Positions 58,345 through 64,000 of a stretch of DNA of 64,000 bases are shown here, piece after piece. Source of the stretch: Candidatus Shapirobacteria bacterium (GTDB taxonomy: Bacteria > Patescibacteriota > Microgenomatia > UBA12405); assembly GCA_022837635.1 (NCBI GenBank), contig JALHFY010000001.1, forward strand, positions 96,136 to 160,135, in the 5' to 3' direction. The translations under genes were made by a program, and so were the position numbers. The notes under the pieces are model-generated. The model ran no database searches. It saw only the letters and a list, made by a program, of their open reading frames with translations, and was not told the DNA's origin. How positions within the stretch are numbered: the first letter of the stretch is position 1; every line of letters begins with the position of its first letter.

Positions 58345-60333
58345 ATGAAGCGAATAATAACGACTCTTTTTGCTTTCGGACTATTTCTGAATGTAAATAT
58401 AACCAAAACTAATGCTGCTTGTACAGGTACATGCACAACTTGTGATTCTCTTTACAATATATATAGATGTCAATATACAGGAATTCCTTGTACAGGACCA
58501 GGAAGTTATTGCTCAGGAGGCGGTCAGTGCTTATACCAAGGATTAGGTTGTGATGGTAAGGACACTTGTTCTTGTGATACCATTACCTCAACTTGTGGTT
58601 GTACTGGTGGATGTAAACCTGGACAAGTTTATTATAGTGATACCTGTGAATATAGTTGTACTCCTAACTGTAGCTGCGCTAATAATCTCTGTAGTACTCA
58701 AACTTGTCCCAATGGTTGCGGTGGTACTTGTATTGGCCGGGTTACTTATGACTGTAGCTGTGCAAACAATTTATGTTCTGATCAGACTTGTCAAGGCTCT
58801 TGTGGTACCTGTACTGGTCAACTCAATTGTCCTCTGACCACCCTAACCACCTTTGAAATTAGGCGAGCTTCAGACTGGTCTTATACGGATCGAAACGATG
58901 GTGGTAAAGACATTACCGATGATCAAAATCGTCTCCATATTTGCGATCCTTACTTAAGTATTCAAGCTTCTCAACCCAGAAGTGTCATCTATGTTGCCTG
59001 GTTATCAAACACTCTCGGTTGTGACAATATTGATCCCGATTCAGTTAAGATGAGATGGTTGGGTAATAGTCAAGAAATTTCTATGAGCAAACTAACTGAT
59101 CATCAAAATCATCCTCACTGTGGCTATTCTGCCACTGTGACTTATCTTGATACTGTTAACATTCCTGATCCGGCCACCTTTCAAATCACTATGAAGAGTA
59201 TTCAAGGTAATAAGGTTACTCCTTGGACCAACGTTATTCCTGCCCTAAGACTTAAAGTCTGGGATTGTAATCTCTCGGTCACTGGTAACTTCTATGATTC
59301 CTCAGGTCAGACAATCTGTAGTTCAAATGCCTTTAATGACAGTCTACCCTCAAACTTAGTTGAAAATCTAAGTTACTATTCTTCATCCGGCAGTGCTGGG
59401 ATGAGTCTTGGGGCTAATAGCTACAATGGGACTATTCGTTGGGGGAGAAGCTACAATCCAGTCTTTAACAATGGTCTTTATCCTGCTAATCCTTATGGTT
59501 CTCTCCCAGTCACCTCTCATTGGACCAGAATCAATAACAGTAGTAGTTGTCTCACTGGTTCTACTATCACTACCTCTCAAGTTGATCCCTATGTCACCTC
59601 TCCCTCTCTGGATGTTGATTTTTCCTTTACTCGTATCATGGAGCCTTGGTATCAGGTGGTGGGGTCGGGAGTGAAGACTAGAGGTACCTTGACCAGTGGT
59701 GTGCCGGTGACGGCCAGTTTTGCGTACCTAACTCGAGGTACCTCTTCAGGTGGCTTTACAGAAATGCATGTACCCAATAATGGCGGGGTCTTTTTTAATG
59801 ACAGTTTTAATCGTAATGCCTATTATCCCAGTACTCCGCCTTATGGTTCACCAAATAACTGGTACAAGCAAAGAAAACTGGGTTTAGCCTCTATCTATGA
59901 TTATAATTACTTTTACAATCATCTCTACTTGAAACAAGGTGTTGGTACTACTGGAACTAGTTGGAATCAAAGACCAGAGTCAGGCCCCTTCTTTGTCAAT
60001 GGTGACTTAACTATTAATGCCAATAACCAAGCCTTTACCGGTCAACCTCTCTTAACCATTGTTAAAGGTAACTTAGAGATTGATCAAAACGTAACCACTC
60101 TTCATGGTCTCTTTGTCGTCAATGGTAATATTGGTATCGGTGGTAGCAATACCACTGCCCTTAATATTCATGGTTCAGTCTATGCTCGAGGTGATATCCG
60201 AGCCTCTCGTTCTCTAGTTCCTAAAATCAATAACAATACTTCTCCCTCAGTTATCTACAACTATCAACCCTCATATGTGTTAAATTTACCTATGGAAGTT
60301 GTTAGAGTTTTATCTGGATGGAGGATGGAATGA
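58345..60333 (+). CDS. Cys-rich exported pilus-associated protein (candidate tip adhesin)
   Basis: Sec signal; Cys-rich N-term with duplicated CSCANNLCS.QTC; beta-solenoid-like C-term (VNGDLTI, VKGNLEI, VNGNI) ending SGWRME; overlaps pilX-like start. Confidence 0.7.
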   Translation: MKRIITTLFAFGLFLNVNITKTNAACTGTCTTCDSLYNIYRCQYTGIPCTGPGSYCSGGGQCLYQGLGCDGKDTCSCDTITSTCGCTGGCKPGQVYYSDTCEYSCTPNCSCANNLCSTQTCPNGCGGTCIGRVTYDCSCANNLCSDQTCQGSCGTCTGQLNCPLTTLTTFEIRRASDWSYTDRNDGGKDITDDQNRLHICDPYLSIQASQPRSVIYVAWLSNTLGCDNIDPDSVKMRWLGNSQEISMSKLTDHQNHPHCGYSATVTYLDTVNIPDPATFQITMKSIQGNKVTPWTNVIPALRLKVWDCNLSVTGNFYDSSGQTICSSNAFNDSLPSNLVENLSYYSSSGSAGMSLGANSYNGTIRWGRSYNPVFNNGLYPANPYGSLPVTSHWTRINNSSSCLTGSTITTSQVDPYVTSPSLDVDFSFTRIMEPWYQVVGSGVKTRGTLTSGVPVTASFAYLTRGTSSGGFTEMHVPNNGGVFFNDSFNRNAYYPSTPPYGSPNNWYKQRKLGLASIYDYNYFYNHLYLKQGVGTTGTSWNQRPESGPFFVNGDLTINANNQAFTGQPLLTIVKGNLEIDQNVTTLHGLFVVNGNIGIGGSNTTALNIHGSVYARGDIRASRSLVPKINNNTSPSVIYNYQPSYVLNLPMEVVRVLSGWRME

Positions 60334-61091
60334 AAAAAAGAAAGGCGCAAGTAGCCATTATTGCTCTGTTGATTTCAGCACTGGTGATGACAGTGGGTTT
60401 GACTTTGTCAAGGAAAACCACCATTGAGACTAGGTTAGATACTAATGAAGAGGCTCTTCGTGACGCTTTTAATGCGGCTGAGTCGGGAATAGATTATTAT
60501 CTAAAAACAGGGACAACTGCTTATACGGTGCCTGATTTAAGTGCCAAGGCGGATGTTAGTGTAAAAAATTTAGGGGGTGAAGCGACGTTGAATTTTGGGG
60601 AATATACCCCTGAGGGAGGTAGTGAATTTTATTGGTTGACTAATCGCAATAGTGATGGAAGTTTAGGGACAAGTTATTATTCTGGCAATCAGATTACAGT
60701 GGCTCATGGGGGAATGAACGGATCTTTGGCGATTAATATTTTTTACAGAAGTGGAAGCGGTTTTGGAGTGAGACGTTGGGGTTATAACTTTAGTAGTGAC
60801 AGTAATCGCCAAGTTTCAGGCTTTACTGCGGCTACCGGAGCGCAAAATGTAACTATTACTTCTTTACCTTCTTCGCCGGTTTTAATGACGGTGACACCGA
60901 TTTTTACTGGGGCTAATCTGTCGATTACTGGTAATAATAATTTTCCTGCCCAAGGTGAGGAAATCAGTTCTTTGGGAAAAGTAGGTGAGGTTAATACTAC
61001 TCAAGCCAATAAAAAAGTAGTGATACAAAGACGCTATAAATTGCCGACTTTCTGGTTGGATGCCTTGGTGGCTGAAGGAAATATTGAGTAA
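60330..61091 (+). CDS. PilX-like minor pilin
   Basis: RKA|QVAIIALL, AFNAAESGI. Confidence 0.82.
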   Translation: MKKRKAQVAIIALLISALVMTVGLTLSRKTTIETRLDTNEEALRDAFNAAESGIDYYLKTGTTAYTVPDLSAKADVSVKNLGGEATLNFGEYTPEGGSEFYWLTNRNSDGSLGTSYYSGNQITVAHGGMNGSLAINIFYRSGSGFGVRRWGYNFSSDSNRQVSGFTAATGAQNVTITSLPSSPVLMTVTPIFTGANLSITGNNNFPAQGEEISSLGKVGEVNTTQANKKVVIQRRYKLPTFWLDALVAEGNIE

Positions 61092-61118
61092 TTAAAAGAA
61101 AACACCTATACTGGATAT

Positions 61119-62147
61119 ATGAGTCAGATGATAGGGGTGGATATTGGCCTCAAAAGCATCAAAGTAGTAATTTTGGATAAAAATCAGGAGAATTATGTGT
61201 TGACAGGAATTGGAGAGGTTGCCAGTCCGGGAACTGATTGGATTAGTTCTCAGACCACATCAAAAAATATTGAGGAAGTTTCTCGATCTATTAAAGTTTT
61301 GCTTAAGGACCTTAAGGTAACGACTAAATTGGCTAGTACAGCTTTACCGGAACATGAAACTGTTTCCCGTTTGGTGTCTTTACCCCCTCTTAAAGAGACG
61401 GAGATTAGGGATGCACTTCGTTTTGAGGCAGAAACCTTTGTCCCCTACCCTCTCGATCAGGTATCAATTGATTATGAAGTGGTTGATGAAGATCAGGCGG
61501 GACGTTTGAGTGTTTTTACCATTGCGGCTAAGAATGATTTGATTGCTAATTTTGTCAAGATTTTTAGAGGTGCTGGTTTGGATTTGGTGGCAATTGAGTC
61601 ACCGGCAGTGGCGATGAAAAGATTATTGAGACAGATGGGGGTTTCCACCGAAGCTTCCATGGTGGTGGATATTGGTGAGAAATTTTCAAATATTATTACT
61701 TTAAGAAAGGATAATATTTATTTTTCCAGATCAATGCCGGTGGGAGGAGAGTCGTTGACGCGAGCAATTTCTGTTAATTTGGGATTGGATATGGCTAGCG
61801 CTGAGGAATATAAGAGAGCTTATGGTATCAGAGAGATGGAACTTGAGGGAAAAATCAAAAATGCGATTATGCCAGTTTTTAACAGCATGGCTGAAGAAAT
61901 CAGAAAAGCTATGGCTCTGTTTGCGGAAAATGGTGAGCAAAAAATTCAGTTGTTGATTTTATCCGGTGGAGGTTCCAAGATGCCGGGTATGGCTGAAGAA
62001 TTAACTAGAATTTTAGGAATTGAAGTGCAAGTAGTACAACCTTTTTTGAAAATTGATGCTACCAAGATTGTAGCTCCGATTGATTTGAATGCTGATGGTT
62101 ATCGTTTTGCGACTGCAGTTGGGTTGGCAATGAGGGAGGGGGCATGA
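61119..62147 (+). CDS. pilM: Pilus assembly protein PilM
   Basis: IGVDIG..SIK, EAE..VP, VDIG, ILSGGG, A.GLA. Confidence 0.93.
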   Translation: MSQMIGVDIGLKSIKVVILDKNQENYVLTGIGEVASPGTDWISSQTTSKNIEEVSRSIKVLLKDLKVTTKLASTALPEHETVSRLVSLPPLKETEIRDALRFEAETFVPYPLDQVSIDYEVVDEDQAGRLSVFTIAAKNDLIANFVKIFRGAGLDLVAIESPAVAMKRLLRQMGVSTEASMVVDIGEKFSNIITLRKDNIYFSRSMPVGGESLTRAISVNLGLDMASAEEYKRAYGIREMELEGKIKNAIMPVFNSMAEEIRKAMALFAENGEQKIQLLILSGGGSKMPGMAEELTRILGIEVQVVQPFLKIDATKIVAPIDLNADGYRFATAVGLAMREGA

Positions 62148-62698
62148 AATTAGGTAGTAGTGCTAATTTGAATTTACTGCCAAGTCAGGCCAAATTCCAG
62201 GCTGATCGGATGAATTTACAGGCTAAATTAAGGCACTATATTTTAGTAGCTGTGGTTATTTGGTTGAGTTTGGGGATATTAACCTTGGCTTTGAATATAA
62301 CTTTTGATTTGAGATTAAAACAAGCGGAACGAAGATATCAACAAAGCTTGGAGGCTTTGAAAAGTATGGATCAGGAAATTGCTTTGAGTCAGTTGATTAA
62401 ATATCGGATTAAGGTTTTGGGAGAAGTGCTTAAAGAAAGGTTTGAATATTCAACGGCTTTTGAAACTATAACTAATTTGTTTGCCGAAAAAGCCTCTTTA
62501 GGCAAATTCAATATGGACGAAAATAAGAAATTTGAAATTGAAGTTTTGGCCAGTGATAAGGAAAGTTTGGATTATATTGAAGATCGGGTAAAAAGGATAA
62601 ATCAAGGAGAGGTTCCGGGAGTTAAAAATGTGACCATGAAGCAGGCAGTAGCGGAGGCTGAGCAATGGTCGGTAACAATGGAGGTAGACTTAGAATGA
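62144..62698 (+). CDS. pilN: PilN-like protein
   Basis: LNLLP motif, TM, coiled coil; after pilM. Confidence 0.8.
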   Translation: MKLGSSANLNLLPSQAKFQADRMNLQAKLRHYILVAVVIWLSLGILTLALNITFDLRLKQAERRYQQSLEALKSMDQEIALSQLIKYRIKVLGEVLKERFEYSTAFETITNLFAEKASLGKFNMDENKKFEIEVLASDKESLDYIEDRVKRINQGEVPGVKNVTMKQAVAEAEQWSVTMEVDLE

Positions 62699-63471
62699 AA
62701 TTAGATTTTAAGTTAGACTTAAAATTACCGGATAAGCTGTTTGGGCAGGATTCCAGATTAATTGTAGTTTGGATTGAACCTTTAGTGGTTGGATTAATTA
62801 TTTTAATGACGACTTTGGGATTAATTGTGCCTAAAATATCTTTGTTAGCTGAAAAGAATGATCAGGTGAAAGCGGTTGAAAATAAGGGCAGAGAGGCAAA
62901 TGAAAAAATAGCTTATTTACAAGCCATGGATAGCGAGGAGGTCAAAGGCAATACTGACAAGCTTGGTCAGGGATTATTGCCTCAAAGAAGTGCTTACTTG
63001 TTGTTGGGTGTAGTTAGACAGGTTTCAGGACAATTGGATTATTACATTGATGATTTTATGATTGCAATGATGGGTGATGCTAAACAACTTGAAGGTGAGG
63101 CACTAGATAAAAAGAGTCGTTTTGATATGTTGCCGATAAAAATGACTTTGATGGGGCCAAAAGAGAAATATGTTGATTTGATTAAGGCTTTGGAGAGAAC
63201 TTTGCCGATTATATCGATTGATAGTGTAGAAATGAAATCAACACTAGGTTCAGATGTGGCGAAGGTGGATTTGAATATGTCGGCTTATTATTTACCGGAA
63301 ATGAATGTGCCTAATGTGGAAAAATTAAATTTGGCGGATTTAACTCCCAATAAACAGGAATTAGATTTAATGGCTCAATTGGAAACATATCAGACCTTAG
63401 ACGTGGAAACATTAGAGACTGACAAGGTTTTCGTAGAATATCAAAGAGAAGATCCTTTCTTTATTCCTTGA
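62695..63471 (+). CDS. pilO: PilO-like protein
   Basis: TM, coiled coil, LLP, I..LE..P...I, ends REDPF. Confidence 0.72.
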   Translation: MKLDFKLDLKLPDKLFGQDSRLIVVWIEPLVVGLIILMTTLGLIVPKISLLAEKNDQVKAVENKGREANEKIAYLQAMDSEEVKGNTDKLGQGLLPQRSAYLLLGVVRQVSGQLDYYIDDFMIAMMGDAKQLEGEALDKKSRFDMLPIKMTLMGPKEKYVDLIKALERTLPIISIDSVEMKSTLGSDVAKVDLNMSAYYLPEMNVPNVEKLNLADLTPNKQELDLMAQLETYQTLDVETLETDKVFVEYQREDPFFIP

Positions 63472-63694
63472 TTTGGAGAAGATAACGAGTGTTGGGAAAA
63501 CTAAGATTAAGAAGGGTGCGGATTGATTTAATAATTTTGCCTTCTTTTCCAATAATTTGACCGACAATTTCGCTGGGAGCAACAATATCGAGGATAATCA
63601 TTCCATTTTCTTCTCGGGATTCGAGACTAACCTGAGAATCGTCATTGACAACTGCTTTGATAAGATATTCAGCCGAGTCTCTAATATCGGTCAT
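63461..63694 (-). CDS. khpA: KH-domain RNA-binding protein KhpA
   Basis: GQIIGKEGKIIKSIRTL; follows rpsP. Confidence 0.9.
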   Translation of the reverse strand: MTDIRDSAEYLIKAVVNDDSQVSLESREENGMIILDIVAPSEIVGQIIGKEGKIIKSIRTLLNLSFPNTRYLLQIKE

Positions 63695-63695
63695 A

Positions 63696-64000
63696 TTATT
63701 TTTGACTGTCTTCATTATTAACTACAGTTTCAGTTTGAGCTTGCTCTTCTGTGGGTTGTGCTTCTGGGACTGATTCTTCTTTTGGTGACTCTTTTTTAGG
63801 GGCAGTATCGGCAACCTTCTTTATTTTTTTCTTTTTGCGAGGATATTTATCGGGATGGAGAAGTTTATCGACACCTTCGGTGAGTTGGGCTCCATTTTTG
63901 AGCCATTTTTCCAATTCTTTTTTATCAAGATTAAGGGTATTGGTTTGAGGGGTGTAAAAACCTAAATCAGCAGTGATTTTGCCGTTATATTTACTGCGCA
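63696..64000 (-). CDS. rpsP: 30S ribosomal protein S16, C-terminal part (truncated by window edge)
   Basis: RSKYNGK...LGFYTP......D......WLKNGAQLTEGV.KLL. Confidence 0.9.
   Translation of the reverse strand, partial: RSKYNGKITADLGFYTPQTNTLNLDKKELEKWLKNGAQLTEGVDKLLHPDKYPRKKKKIKKVADTAPKKESPKEESVPEAQPTEEQAQTETVVNNEDSQK

Noticed and set aside
56604-60333. Diversity-generating retroelement targeting the adhesin
   Set aside because: No reverse transcriptase and no TR/VR pair differing at adenines was visible in the window
333-63948. Numerous short antisense or nested ORFs in the ORF track (e.g. 333-656, 13691-14125, 22892-23266, 39518-40031)
   Set aside because: They overlap well-supported genes and have the F/S/L/I-rich composition expected of shadow frames
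1-64000. CRISPR array or cas genes
   Set aside because: No regularly spaced 25-45 nt repeats with unique spacers; the palindromic repeats are dispersed and no cas motifs were seen
1-64000. Alternative genetic code (UGA=Gly)
   Set aside because: Conserved genes are full length in code 11 and several end in TGA with ATGA overlaps

Overview
Core-chromosome window from a small-genome bacterium with the hallmarks of Patescibacteria/CPR, most like Microgenomates. This assignment is inferred from the short EF-Ts, the rpsB-tsf-frr-rseP order without pyrH/uppS, a type IV pilus locus with no secretin in the window, sparse metabolism and very tight gene packing. It carries translation and replication genes (tsf, frr, rpsU/F/R, rpmE, a domain-1-less RF1, cysS, hisS, dnaX, recR, ssb, dnaB, gyrAB, ligA, holB, pth, a single Xer recombinase), three tRNAs, a VapBC pair, Fic, an RnlA-like HEPN protein and a RaSEA-like radical SAM enzyme. 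The most notable observations are: (1) a five-gene cohesin/dockerin/LPKTG surface-scaffold operon with a cystine-knot-rich cargo protein that has a prepilin-like leader; (2) a DUF559 endonuclease flanked by hairpin inverted repeats, with an empty copy and solo copies inserted in frame into ligA and pilD; (3) a strand-composition-inverted, mosaic adhesin cassette inside the 16-kb pilus locus; (4) a tRNA-Ala that shares one base with the pth stop codon and one with the next start codon; (5) a probable ATT start for dnaB; (6) pervasive leaderless-type promoters. All family calls come from motif recognition by eye, not database searches.
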